Shown here: in pieces, positions 13,431 to 26,491 of the stretch | How positions within the stretch are numbered: position 1 is the stretch's first letter | Layout of the letters: each line of letters begins with the position of its first letter | Assembly (NCBI GenBank): GCA_036172245.1 | Contig: JAYWIR010000031.1 | Coordinates: 2,356,001 to 2,420,000, forward strand | Direction of reading: 5' to 3' | DNA: 64,000 nt | Origin: Raillietiella orientalis | Lineage: Eukaryota | The notes under the pieces: model-generated | Seen by the model: only the letters and a program-made list of their open reading frames with translations | What the model was told of the DNA's origin: nothing | The model's database searches: none | Translations under genes and position numbers: made by a program

Positions 13431-14567
13431 GAGCCGCAAACGCGTTTTATACCGCAGTCCGTTCCTGCAAGTAAAACTGCTGTGAGTCTCCCGACAGTTA
13501 ACTGCCGAGAGGCTAGGAAAGGTAAGGCTGAGTTTTTACCCCTTAATCGCCCTAAAGTGGCGCTTCCCGGACTCGCATCTCCTCTCCCATCCTCCAGTCA
13601 GAGAACTTTGACTCAGCGCACGTCTGCGTCTCCAGCAGTTATGCTGCCGACGACCTTTGTGGATGTCGCTGCGTCTTGCTTTTGTGCATTCGACTGGCGC
13701 TTCCTGAACAAATGGAGCGAGACCTTCTCTTCAAGAACGGTCTTCTCTCCTGTCTCAGTTTCTGGAACCGGGGTCGCGGAATTGGGCTCTCTTCGCCGAA
13801 GAAACTCCTCGAGCCGCCGTCGGGAGGACTGTGCGGGTGTGTCGCGCCTCCACAGCAGCCGGAGATCCCGCGGCGGGTCAAACTCGCGAGGGGCCAGCGG
13901 GATACGGCTGATCCCTCCGTCTCTGCCTCCGAGCGGTGTGCGTATGAGTGGTCTTTCGCTCCCCTTTCCTCTCCCCTTTCGTTCACCTCGTCCGTTCCCT
14001 CCATGGTGCGTCTCAGCCATGATGGGCTCCATCGTCTCAGTCATCCGTTCCCTGTTCCTCTGCTTTTGTCATCTCGGTTGGTGGTGCTTGCGGGTGCGGT
14101 TGTGGGTGCGTTCGCTGCCTGAGTCCTCAACAACCTTTCATTCTCCTCGTTTCTCCCGCTCGCTCTGCAGGGGTGTGGCGTTTGCGGACACGTCGCCGGA
14201 GCGTGCGTGACGGAGGGGCAACTTCCCCGAAGAGGCCGCGAACTTGCTTTTACTTCCTCGTCATGCCGCAGGGAAGTGAGGGGGGGGGGGGAAAGGGTTG
14301 AGGGAAGGGAGGGAGGCATCCACCTGGAGTGTGTGAGGAATCGCAGCTTTGTCGCGCGTCGCCGTGCGCGCCTTCCGCAGGTCCGCCAGACGCGCGTTTT
14401 CGAACCCTGCTGTCAAATGGTTCGGCTTGTGCCAGGCGGCGAACGTTCGAAGGATTCCGTGATTTGCGGATCTTTGATCCGAAGCGGGATGTCCCTGAGG
14501 TGAATCACGCGCCAGTCATCCACCGCCGATGGGAGGACCTTCTGCTCTCCCAGGACCGGCGGGGTGC

Positions 14568-14970
14568 CATGTAATTTGGTAGTGATTATTAATGGGGAAG
14601 AGGTTTAGTGTGGGTTGGATAGGGTGGAGTTACGAGATGGTTTGTTTGGTGAGCGATTTATAGAAAATTTTTTAATGTTTATGTAGTATTAATTTAATTG
14701 TTGGAGAATGGGTTAATTTAACGAGCGATGAGATGTGAGTGGAATATAGTGTAAAGGGAATGTTAATGGATTTAAAATTTTTATGTTATAGTAGTGTTTA
14801 GTTATGGATTTATTTGGAGAGTAAGTTTGATAGTTATATATTTTATTAATACTACATAAACATTAAAAAATTTTCTATAAATCGCTTACCAAACAAACCA
14901 TCTCGTAACTCCACCCTATCCAACCCATACTAAACCTCTTCCCCATTAATAATCACTACCAAATTACATG
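14568..14970. repeat. Foldback: 126-bp inverted arms (14568-14693 / 14845-14970, 2 mismatches) with 151-bp spacer and extreme C depletion on one strand
   Basis: Direct reverse-complement comparison of the two arms. Confidence 0.95.
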
Positions 14971-16239
14971 TTACTACACTTTAAAATTGCTAACCCATGT
15001 TCACATTAACTAATTGAAAAATCACATAATAAACACATAGCAGGCGCAGCGCAGGGATCGATTATGTGCTGCTCCCTCTTGCAGGCATGAGGGAGATGAG
15101 GCTCCCTCCTTCTACTCAGACGCGCGAGCTCACCTCCGGGCTTCCTCAATGCTTCTTCAGCGCTCACATGACTCACCCGATAGCGGAAGTGGGTACAAGC
15201 TCCTACCCCTTAACTGTTCGTGACGTAAGCCCATGGCTCCGCGACGGGGAGAGCGCTCATCGGGTGGTTGTAGCTGGCACCACATGGCGTCACTTGCGTA
15301 GCCGCCGTTCCACGACTCGGTCCTGTGACGTCCCCCGGACTGCCCGAGCTTCCTTCCTGGTGGCTTCCCTTGAAGGAGACAACGTGGATCCACACAGCAC
15401 ACGAGCGCAGTGCCCACGGAACACAAGCCACAGAGCACTTCACCGCACCCCCTCAGAGCAGAGGGCGGCTCGCAGAAACGAAGTCAACGATCGGAGAGCG
15501 TGCAGTGTATTCGAGTCGCTTGGCTCGAGCCCGGACCGAAGAATAGCGACTCTGAAAAAAATCTTGTGCCAACTTTCAGCTGTGGGGAGACGAGAAACAC
15601 GCCTGGACAGAGACTCAACCATCGTGGGTCTCATTCTCTCAGTCATCTGGAAGATGTCCTAGCAGCCTCTGCATCGAGTCGTACGAAGAATAGGACATCC
15701 CTTGTTGCGCCGGATGGTGCAACAAGGGTGCAACACCATTCTTGTTTCCAGGCCTGGGGCAATGCCAACGGCTAGGGATACCTAGGAAGGCAGGACACAC
15801 GTTCGTAGCAGCATCAGGCAGCTCGTCAGAAACACACTGATTCACCAGATAGGGCAGCCAACGATGAGCATATGCCGGCCGACCAACCAGATGTCTCAGC
15901 ACCCACCCAACCCACTCGGCAGCTTCGTTGCAGGAAGCTGCTTCAGACTGCTGACTCCCCTGGATCCTGCAGGGATGATGGATCTCCCAGTGGTGGTGTT
16001 GCTTTTGTACGCTCGTTGTCGCAGCGCAGCCGGCCCTGAGAGAAAGCGATGGTAGCAGCCGACCGGGGGGTGGGAGTTGTTCAGCACCATCGCAGGAGTT
16101 ACGGAACTTCTGGTGCGAGCTGGTGAACTCCGCCACTCCTCGTTCTCGGGAGAAGGAGCTGTTTCGTAGGAACGAGCTTTCGAGGGTGTTTCCCGAAGAA
16201 CTTCTGATTCTTCCTTTGTGTCCGGAGGCTGGTTCCCAC

Positions 16240-17299
16240 ATTGAGGCTCAAGAATGACGTGGCGCCGCTTTTGCACTGGGGCTCTCCGTGCAAGTGGCTC
16301 CCACATCGTATCCGAAGGAGCTACATCCCCAAACCGCTCAAGGCCCAGACCGAATCGTTCCCGCACCTGCTGGTGGTCCGCAGTGGCCTCCGCGAACCGT
16401 GCTCCGTCCAGCCAGGAGCACGCGGGTGGAGATGACCCCCCTCGCTGCGGCGATGCCTTTCCTTAGGATGGCACTTGGTGCCAGCCAGACGCCGAGGTGG
16501 CAGGTCACCTGCGAGATTGCAGGCAGGACGAAGAAGTTAAGCGGTTGGACTATGGGACAGCTGGCAGATGTCGCGACCCTGAGCGTCCTTCCGCAAGGAT
16601 TGCGGCGCTGGAGCGAGCTGCTCGGCATCCCGACCGATAATCTGGAGTGGCAGGAGGCGGCTCTTTTGTTGCACTGGGGTCTCCCCTGCAACGCCCGCCG
16701 ACATCACTGGACTCTGGGGAGGGTGCGCCCGGAATGTGGCAGGTACGGGGAACAGGGATTCCCCCTGTAGCTGCTAGTCGGCTGTGATGCTCCGGCCTCT
16801 GTGGAAACGTTTCGAGCGACCCTCCAGATCCCGGTTAGCAGCCTCCCATGGACGTTTTCCGGTTGCTTTTCGTGCGGGAGTCCCTGCAGCCTTAGCAGCA
16901 CTTTGCTGCATCCGCGGAATTGTAGTGGCCTGGAGCGAAGCCGAGGAAGAAGGAAACGACGAAAGGGATGTCATTGAGTATGCATTCCGTTTCCTGCGGA
17001 TAACAACCCGATTGCCCCGCCTGAGAAGCATGCAGAATGACCTCGCCGTGATCCTGCAAAGGATGGACACTGCCTCCAGTAAAAGTGATCCCTTCCCCTC
17101 CCTCTAAAGTGGTTTTTTATTTGTCTTTTTATTTTATGTTTCTTTTTGTTTTCTCCTCATCCCCCTCCGCTGCTGAGGTGAGTCCCGTCGGTCTGCGTAC
17201 CGACAACCCGGCGGGTCCATTGATGTGTTGACCGTAACGGGGCCTCGTACCGCAGTTGTTATCGAGTTTATAATAAATGCCCGGCGTGACCGGGTGACA
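16240..17299 (+). mobile_element. 5'-truncated Tx1-like element with 3'UTR
   Basis: TPRWQVTCEIAGRTKKLSGWTMGQLAD..WQEAALLLHWGLPCNARRHHW..LAALCCIRGIV; hairpin 17187-17204; AATAAA + CCCGG/CCGGG hairpin. Confidence 0.9.
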
Positions 17300-17599
17300 C
17301 GTCGAAACGCACGTTCTGTATGGTTGCTTAGATGGTTGGCTTCAGAATGTAGGCCACCTCACAGGATTTGCAGGAACCCCAATGCCGCAGTAGCCGTCCC
17401 TCCGCGATTCTTTCGATTTCCTGGACTTCTGCGTGATCATGTGGATCTCCTTCAGGAGCATCCGGGTCGAAGTTTTCGCAGCGTGGTGGCTACCAACGTG
17501 GTCTTCTGCCATCATCGCGCATCCCGTTGGCGTTCCAGAAGGCCACGCTGATTCTGGGGCAGGAGGCAAGCCTATATTATATTCCTGGGAAGTTGGAGT

Positions 17600-18850
17600 T
17601 GTAGCCGGGGAGCTTGGAGCTCGGGTGGGGCGCGAACAGAGATATCCAGTGCTTGAAGCACCTCTGCGCATTCATCCTCGCTGATTTCCTGCTCGTCGAC
17701 TTTCTCACCTCGGGCATCCCGCGTTCCCATGATGCCGGCTTGCCCTTCGGGTGCCAGCTCTTCCTCCTCGCGAGGGAGGACATACCGCCATGGGGTCTTG
17801 GGCTTTCGTTCCGACTTCCGGATGGGGGGTGCCTCGACGTGCTTCCAACCTCGCCGTCCCTTCGGGGCAGCGGACCGCCTCAAGGGCTTTTTCACGGCCT
17901 GGGCTGGCTGCCGGCACCTCCGCTGCATGAACAAAGGCGGCACCCTCGCTGTCAAAGCAGCTGACCCTGTTCTTGAAGAGAGCGTTCGCTCTTGAGCATT
18001 TCGGCTGCGGGTGCGGTCTCTTTTGCGGTGGCAGCTTCGATTGCCGGGACGCTCTCGATGACCAACTTGCATTTTCGGATTTTGTCGCACAGAGGGCTGG
18101 AAATCCAAGGTATTAATGGACCAGTTCACCCAGGAGGATGTCAAGATTGTCTGCTCATCAGTGGGCGCTAACAACTGGCGCCGTAAGGTTTTATATGCGG
18201 GTAAAGAAGAAGTTCTCCGTTTCTCCCCCCCCCCATTTTTTTCTTTTTGGATTTCCCCAGCTGCCAGCCCTCTTTAATGTCAGCTATTTCGGAAATTTGC
18301 GTTTCGGACTTCTGCTGCTCGTGTTGGGACCTTGGCAGCTGATGTCGTTTGTCCTTTTGTTTTTTCCCTCCACCTGCAGTTTGACAGCGCGCTTTCCTTT
18401 CCTGATTTCTGCGCCATTGAGGACCGGGGATACACTTGTCTAATGTGTCCCTTGTTTCCGCATTGATGGTACTGGATGTTAGGCGGCCTCTTTTGCAGAT
18501 GTCTTGTGACATCACAGTGGCCACAGTACTTGAGCTTCCCCACGTACCAAAGATAGACCAGCTCATTGCCGACCTTCGGCTTGTGGAGGAGTCTGCCGTT
18601 TTTGCGCACTGTGACGTGCGCTGCGGCCAGCCCACTGAAAAGCCTCCCAAAGCCCTCGAAGGTGAGAGCGTGCACGGTGCCATGTTTTTCAAGCTCCACA
18701 TGCACCGCGTTCTTGGACCCGCATCGAGGTCACGTGGTTGCGGTCTCCGCGCGTGGTACCAAGCGTCTGGAGTTCGAATACTCCGAAAGAATCGACGTCA
18801 AGAGATGAGGGGTGCGTCGTGGGTCCGAGTTCCTCCCTTAAGATGATGCT
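17600..18850 (-). pseudogene. Decayed Tx1 ORF1 (RRM-like + CCHC knuckles)
   Basis: ELEKHGTVHAL..LWYVGKLKYCGHCDVTRHLQKRPPNIQYHQCGNKGHIRQVYP aligns to the ORF1 at 60447-62262. Confidence 0.8.
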
Positions 18851-18899
18851 GGTTGGCCTCTATTCGGGTGCTACACGAGAAGCGGTTCAAACTTAATGT

Positions 18900-19380
18900 C
18901 CCCAATGAGTGGATGGGATTGGGAATCGACCCTCCGGGATCCTTCCAGGGAACAAGAACAAGGAGTGGGTAGTTCCCCTCCGGTTGTGCGAAGGAGCTGT
19001 CCCTCCCCCTCGTGGATAGACCCTCCGTCTCGTACCACGGAGTAGATGTGGTACCTCTTCAAAATGCACAGAAGCGTGCCGCTCCCTTCGGGGGCCCTTG
19101 TGAGAAATTTCAGAGGCTTCCATTTGGAATTCTTTTCAGAAAAGTAAACAGGAGCAGTTCCCTTGAAGACTCCCTCCGGAGAAGAAAAAACGGATCGTAC
19201 TTCTTCGGGGTTCCCTTTCGAGACAACCAGAGTGGAGGTGATCTTTATTCCGATGATCCCTCCCCAAGCTTAAGAGGAACCGACTCCCTTCTCCGGAGCC
19301 CTTCCTGGATTCATAGAGTGGTCCCTTCCAGGGGTACCCCTTATCTTGAAGAATACACGCACCCTAGGGTGGCGTGGAAC
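18900..19380 (+). repeat. Family H repeat, opposite orientation
   Basis: Reverse complement of blocks in 21830-22200, e.g. TTCCTGGATTCATAGAG..GGGTACCCC. Confidence 0.55.
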
Positions 19381-19739
19381 AGCATGAAAGCTCGAGGGCT
19401 ACCAGTTGAGCGTGTGCGGAGGTTCTGGTAATACTCAGCAAAGCCAAACAAAAGCTGAAAGGAAAACACCGTTTTTGGGCATGCGGAGCGTGATGCCTGT
19501 TCGATGGACCACTACATTTTCTCGCTCCCAGAGAGGATGATTCCGTGGGGAAGGACGTCCTCACATCCATTGTTTCGGGAGAGGAGATCGATTCGTTTCC
19601 CGGAGCATGCCCAAAAACGCTGTTATTGCTTCGGGAAAGGAATCAGTCTCCTCTCCTCCAACATCCATCTTGATTTCTTCAGGCATCGCTGCCATGAGAA
19701 CGCTGTCGATGCATCAATACTCAAACACCAAGGAAAAAA

Positions 19740-19960
19740 AGTCCCTAACTTTAGGCTATAGGGAGCTTGAAAAAGCACGTCCTCACCGTATAGTGGTCTC
19801 CGAAGGGAACCCGCAAGGAAACCGCCGCTTGTTTCCTCCTTCTCTGAAGAAAACCCCGAAGGAATGCTTCCGAATCTCGCTAAAGGGCACTCCCCGAAGA
19901 GAGCAGCTCATTTCTGGACACTCTGGAGAGGTATCTATTCACCAGCTCCATGGTGCCCTT
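19740..19960 (-). repeat. Family H repeat fragment
   Basis: CTCTGGAGAGGTATCTATTCACCAGCTCCATGGT nearly matches 2877-2910; several CCGAAG hairpins. Confidence 0.65.
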
Positions 19961-19974
19961 CCCAGCCTACAAGG

Positions 19975-21130
19975 AACGCTCTTCGGTGAGCAGTCGACTA
20001 GGAGAAAATGGCATCTCTTGTCCCGCAAAACTGCAGCAGGCTAAAGGAATTGGCCTCCTGGCTGCGGAAGCACCTGCGGATCTCTTGCCAGCGGCTGGAT
20101 TGCAACGCGCGGCGGCAAGAGGCTGCGGATGCAGTGCATGGGTCTTTCCTACTAGCCCAGAACTTCTCCGTCCCATCCAACATCTTGGCTGAGTGCCCAT
20201 GCTGGTGATATGGTAGGATCCTTGGGAGTGGACACGCTTCACTTCCTAGCTGTAGCGCTCTCCTCCCTAGGGAGAGAATGACAGCAGCTGACCGGCTAGG
20301 TGGAAGGCTGCCTGCTGCACGGCAGGAGTCAGTAAACCGATAGGCGGCTCGCAGGGGTGGCCTGTGAACTTCCGAGCTTCGTGGCGCCAGTTGTTAGCGC
20401 CCACTGATGAGCAGACAATCTTGACATCCTCCTGGGTGACCTGGTTCATTAAGACCTTGGATTTCCAGGAACGAACTGAAAGAGCTAGAAAGTCTAAGAA
20501 AACACAAGCTCAGCAAGTTGCTGGCATCCTCTGATGCCGAACGTATCCGTGAGATATCTGGACACTAAACTCACAACCCTTTTTCAAATGACCGAACACA
20601 CCTCTATGTAGTTGATTCTTCAGAGGAAGACCAGACTAACCATCAGCCTCGTGCAAGGACAAAACTCGAGCGACCGGGCTTGGCCCAGCGGCAAAAATCC
20701 GCGGCGCAGAACGAAAGGCTGAACTGTGGAGGTGAACCGGACCAATAAAGTTCTCATTCCTACCCTACAGCCCCTGTCACGGACCAGCCCTTAGCCGGCA
20801 ACGGCGAAGGCCTGCAGACAATCTTGACATCCTCCTGGATGAACTGGCGGTCATCATCATCCTCCGGGACTGTTCACTGCTTCCCCTCCGGGTGGCGGCA
20901 AGCGAGCCGCTCTTCTTGAACCAGGGGCTCCCGTGAAACCAGCGCCGGAAGCCCTGGACGAGCGGGAACGCGTCCCCTAACTGTGCCAGGTGTGGGAAAG
21001 TTGACCTACACCTGCTTCCGGATAGTGAGTTTTTCCAAAGTGGATGGCAGCGAGTGGCCATGGACTTCCTCCTGAATCCGGAGGAATCCCCTCGGCAGCT
21101 TCCACGACGGTTCCTTCGTTACGCAAGGAC
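19975..21130 (+). pseudogene. Mosaic of short Tx1 ORF2/ORF1 fragments
   Basis: LKELASWLRKHLRISCQRLDCNARRQE; 20390-20470 is the reverse complement of 18100-18180; PNCARCG near 20980. Confidence 0.55.
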
Positions 21131-21779
21131 TCGTGGGCTCGTCAATGCTACTCCAACCACCATGCGGTCGAGCAGAGGCAGCGCAGGTGGACGGCTGGTC
21201 GCTTCGTCTCATCTTCGACGTGGAGGCTGCCAAGGAAGCTCACACCTCCGTCTCAAAATTAACGAAGGCGCCGCCTGGATCGGGAGAAGGCATGAGAATG
21301 ATCCAGGACGAAAATTCAGTTATTACCTCTTCCCATTTCCCGGAAACTTCGAATGCCCTGCGCCAGATGTTTCTCTACATCATATGTTTATTTATTTATT
21401 CTTAATTGACCCCTCGATCATTCCTTACTGAGCACGTTCTTTCTCCTCTCCCTCCAAGCCACCGAGCTGCGTCCCATCTCAGCCCAGGGCACTCAGGAAG
21501 GAGGCGCGTCATTTGGATCATTCGGGTGCTCAGCGAGGTGAATTAGGGCGCACTGCGGAACCATTTACCCGTGCCGGCGCTCTCCAAACCGTGCCTCCAG
21601 GGTACGTGAATGCATGTTCATTTGCTTTGAATGAATATCGGGTTTGAAATAGCGGTCCAGCTGGACGGATCGTCGAAAGGATGGGGCTGGGGACAACGCT
21701 TTTTCGTATATACCGGGATCTTCTAAGTATGGCTTGAAGAGCTCTATCTGATTGGATGCACTTCTGAAGCGCTAGACCA

Positions 21780-22390
21780 CTATTTCCAAGATGCAAATCC
21801 CCATTTTCATCCCACCCTATCAAGTTCAAGTTGGGGTAGCCCCGGAGAGACTTCTCTACGAGTCCAGAAAAGCTCCGGAGGAAAGAATCTGTTACGTTTG
21901 GGAGAAGAACCCCGAAGGGAAACTCTTCTTTATTCTCTCTGGAGAGACCCCTAGGAGGGGATTGATCCTCTGAAGAGAATCCCCAAGGGAGGTTTCCAAT
22001 TTCTCTGGAGGTTCGCTCCCCGAAGGGAGAGGCGCGCTTCTTACACTCTGGAGAGGCGACCCCCCGAAGGGGGGAGTATCGACCAGCTCCACGGTATTCG
22101 ATAAACGGCTCCATTGCCCCATTCTCACAACCGGAGGTGAACCACCGAAGGGCTCCTTGATGCCCCGGAAGGAACCCCGGAGGGTTAACTTCCAATCTCG
22201 GCACCAGTTCACGGAAGCATCCAGGGGTTTCCAGGCCCCACCAGTGCCGCACCCAAAGCCTGTGGTCAAACCAGCGTTCCCTGCAGCTACCCACGAGGCA
22301 TTTCTCATTCTCGGCGCCGATCCTCCACGTGGGGATTCGAACCTGCAACGATTGGTATTACTCCCGGAGACCATACGTAGCCACAGACGG
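21780..22390 (-). repeat. Family H repeat, longest uninterrupted copy
   Basis: Many short hairpins (minus strand CTCCC-TTCG-GGGAG etc.), B-box-like GGTTCGAATCCCC near 22331-22343, single ACCAGTGCCGCACC at 22240-22253. Confidence 0.7.
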
Positions 22391-24329
22391 TACGACTGAC
22401 TGATGAATGCCAGGAAGAACGAAAGAGCGAAAGAACCATCACAGTGACGGAAAAAAGAAATAAAATTGATAATAGAAGGAAGGATGTCTTGTAGCATCAG
22501 AAGATCGTTTCCATTGGGAGATCTTAACATTAGGAGGATCAGCGTCTCGGTTTTCCCCGGCAGAGAAATGCCGAGGCAGAAGCTCTCCAGTAGCTCGAAC
22601 ACCCCTGCAAGGTTTCAAATCAGAAGCAGGGAATCAGAAAATGGGAACACTTCTGGACTGAGTGAAGGGAGCGCCCACCACCAAGCTCCGCCGATTTTCA
22701 CTATATGGCACTGAAAAACGCGCCCCTCGGAAAGGCTGCCCAAACGACACGCTTGCCAACTCGCAACGACTGCCTAATGACGCTTTTCCTACGCCCCGTG
22801 GAACCGTTCGGAAGCTCTGCACTTCCCAGAAAGATTCTCTCCGTAGCTCTCGGTCGGGACCTCACCTACGTTGCCGCCAGTCCGCAGGTGGAGGGCTTCT
22901 TCCTTTCTAGGCAAGGAGGTCCGTTTAATGAGAACCTCCGCATCGAGAGGGAAGCGAGCAATCAAGCAAATCAAAGTGCAACGCGATTCATCAGCAGAAG
23001 GGGTCCGTCCCTTACTCTCTCCATGACCGTTTCCTCTAACTACTGCTCGGCCTCATTACGTCGGGGAGATGGGATCGCGCTCGAATTTCGCCGCGCTCCA
23101 CTTTTCTTCCACCCCACTTTTCCCCAGTCGATCGAAGGGTATCCGACCGGAAAACCTGCGCGTTTGCGCACCTCGCTTTAAAAAACTGCCTTCTGGGATG
23201 ACGAAAGAGCTGCAGCTCGTCCACCCGAAAAGGATCCTCCCTAGCAAGCGGAAGGAGAAGAATTCTTTCCGCGGATCCGTGGACAAGAGTTCGGCTTCGA
23301 CTTCCGGCTGCCGGAGGCTGATTCCTCTCCTTCTCCCAAACCTCAAGAAACCTCTCCGAGAAGCACACTACCCTGAGCCAGACTCCGGAGGTGGCTGTCC
23401 GGGATCAGTGTGGGATTGAGGTTCGCAAATTCCCCGGGTCCGCCGTCAGGAGCGCTCGTTCGGCGTGGAGGTCATCCATCACTGGGATGCAGAATCCCGA
23501 AGCCATCCTCTCGAATCACCTCCGTGCCCATTCGCAAGCGAAACGACTACCCCACACACTGCGGCGCGCGCTAGTCGCGCGACGTGTGAAGGAGAACCAG
23601 TGGGTAGTCTCGCAGCAGATCTCATCTCTTCTCTGCAAGATCCCGGTCAAGTTGGGTGTCTGGCAGCAAGAAACGAGCCACCTTGGGTTGGGAGGCAAGG
23701 CGTAGCTTCCTGACGACTCTGTTTCCGCATGGCGTGAGTCAGCGGCAAGAAGCGTTCTCTACTACTGTTGCTGCTGCTTCTGTATTCCCCACTAGAGGGC
23801 TTCGGGGAACAGCAACACTCAGAAAACGGGAAGAAGGGGAGGTGGGAGGAAAAAGTAGGGAGCAAAGACGTTCTCGACAACGATGATCCCCACTTTCCGA
23901 AATGGTGCCTTAAAGCTCCAAGCCTCTAGGGTTTCTCCTCAGTTGCGTTCTGGGTCAGCCACCACCGCAGTAGCACACGGTGCACTTGCCCCAGGTTGTG
24001 AGAAGGAGGTACGGAAAGCATCATCCTATGCAGTTTGGGAGTGGAGGGAGGAAAATCATGAAAGTGCGACTCTTCCGGTTCATCTACTCTGCTCGATTAG
24101 AGTGGAGTGACCACATCACGAGTACATATTTCTTCCCCCCTCATGGTGAAGAAATGGCGATGCCACGGATACGATGATTATCACCAGGTTATAACGGGGC
24201 ATTTATTACGTAAAGTGATAAAAATACCCTTTGGTGGAACCCTTGGTTCTACAGTTGGCAATGAACCTGCCGAAGAGTGATGCTCAGACCAGCGAGGTCC
24301 TCTTCGGCAGCGCGGAGGAAGAGGAAACA

Positions 24330-25100
24330 ATAAATAAATAAATAAACACACAAAACAGGGGAGAGGAAACTATACACAAAGAAGGATCGAGGAAGGGATC
24401 ACAGTACGCTTCCTGTAGTCCTCTGCATCCTGTTCAGGATGCTGACAAGTCCCGTTTGTTCTCTCCCAAGTGAGATGATTTCGAAGTGGTCCTTAGGAAG
24501 ATCTGCGCCCAATGGATGGAGTCCTTGACGTTTCAGTCTCTTCTGGCCTTTTGAGCTGCTATGATCTCGCGAAAATAGCAGAGGACTGTGAGGAACGTGG
24601 GCGGCGGTGCATCGCGTCACACGCAAAGAGGCGTCTGGATATGTCTCTGGGGCTGCCCGCCGTGATACCGGGGATCGTCGTGAGGCCACCCCAAAGGGAT
24701 CGGAGGGCAGCACGATCGAACAGACAGTGCAGGGGAATCTCTTTCCACTCCCCTATGGCCAGTGGTGAAGGCGCGCTTTGCATGGAATCCCCCATCCCAA
24801 TACCATCAACGCCAACTCCTGCCACCCGAGGAGGAGAGTGCCACTATTCTAGCACGCCGGGTGCAGCTCCACTTCCTCCAGAGGGATGCCGAGCTTCTCT
24901 CCCCAGCGTACAAGTCGGTAGGATGGGACACTCGGGTCGCAGACTCTCCGTCACTCCCGAGCTGTCCACGCCTTTAGAAGTTTCCTCTTTGCTTCTATGC
25001 AGCAAGTCACTTCCCACCTTGCCCATCACGTCGGATATGGTGATAGAAGATGAATCAGACCTTACTCTACAATGCTTTTCACTGGCACGTCAGGGAGTCC
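24330..25100 (-). pseudogene. Decayed Tx1 ORF2 C-terminal fragment
   Basis: Nucleotide similarity to 12230-12830 (e.g. GGCGCGCTTTGCATGG, GAGTGCCACT..AGCACGC, CACTTCCCAC). Confidence 0.7.
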
Positions 25101-25619
25101 CCAGCCCTCCCTTCTCACAAAAGCCAATGGAAGAGACGCAAGCGCGAAAGAAACACTAGGAAGCAATGCCCAACTGTGGATGGATGAATGAGTGGAGCGC
25201 CCGCCAGCAATTTTATGCCGATCCGGGAAGATCTCGATTAACCGATATCGTCCCGCTTTCTAACCAGAAGAAACGGATGAGCGCAAGTGAAGAGCTGCAT
25301 TTTCGGCTGCGCTGAAGTGGCGTCATTTTTTCTTTTTTTTTTGCGTCCATTTTGTTTCTTTCCGAAGTAGACTAAAACGGGAGTCGATGCCGGTCATGAT
25401 CTTCTCATATACTCGAGATTTTTGGATGCTGTTGAGACTTCTTGGAATCTGGAAACTGAGACCCTGGAATTTCTCAACTTTCTTGGAACCACAAGAATTG
25501 GATTTTGTTGTTGTTGTTGTTGGGGAAGGAGGAAAAGAGGTTCGCTAAGGGGTTTGCTTGGAGATTCACGAAGCTCTTTGACACTGTTCCATCCCTCCCC
25601 AGGGTGCGTGTCAACCATT

Positions 25620-25772
25620 CAAGTCAGAAAATGCCCCAGGAGGAGACCACCCTATGAATCCAGGAAGGATTGACCTCCAACCCTCAGGAAGGGACGGCGG
25701 AGGAAGGAATCCGTTCCTCTCACGCCAGAAAAGGGGGCATCGGGGGTTTCCGGCTTCCACCGGTGCTGCACC
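25620..25772 (-). repeat. Family H repeat, left part (interrupted by a Tx1 insertion)
   Basis: GGTTTCCGGCTTCCACCGGTGCTGCACC matches 3037-3063. Confidence 0.65.
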
Positions 25773-26491
25773 CGCACCTCCCTCCCTTGAAGTGGTAGGA
25801 GTCAGCATTCATGCTGCTGCACTGGGGCCTCCCGTGCAACGTCCGCTGGCATCATTGGACACGGGAGGGGAGGAATGAACCCGAACTGTGCAAGGTGCGG
25901 GGGCAGGAATCCTTCTTACACCTCCTAGTGGACTGTGTTGCCCTCCGCCCCCTTTGGGGACGCTTTGCCGCGACCCTTGGAATCCCCAACAGCAACTTCA
26001 GAGACGTTTGAAAGAGCCTCTTCCTGCGCGACGCCCTTACGACGACCACATCAATAGCAGCACCACCCTGTCCACGCGGCGGGACCATGGCTGCATGGAG
26101 CAATGCCAGAGGGGGCCAGAACGACAAGGACGCCATCTAATTTGCTAACCTCTTCATGAGGACAGAGTCAAGATGGCCTCATCTGAGAGTCTTGAAACAG
26201 GAAATTGCAGGCATCCTTACAGGTATGCAGAAGACACCCTCCAGCACACAGTGATCCCTTCCCGAACCTCCCCCATTTTTTGACTGCATGTTTTTCGTTT
26301 TATTTTATTTTATTTTTGTCTCCTCTTCGCCTGTGCTGCAGAGGCGAACAAGCTGGCCTGCGTGCGAGTTCCCAGCAGGTTCCTTCTCGTAGTTATAAGT
26401 AATGCTGAAGGATCACGCATCCTGCCAAGGACGTGGCAGGATGCGTGATGTTTATTCTTTATAAATAAACGCCAAGAGTGACATGGCGTCA
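25773..26491 (+). mobile_element. 5'-truncated Tx1-like element flanked by a degenerate 14-bp TSD
   Basis: LPLKW*ESAFMLLHWGLPCN..LVDCVALRPLWGRF; 3'UTR; AATAAA + ACGCCA/TGGCGT hairpin; flanks ACCGGTGCTGCACC / ACCAGTGCAGCACC. Confidence 0.9.
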
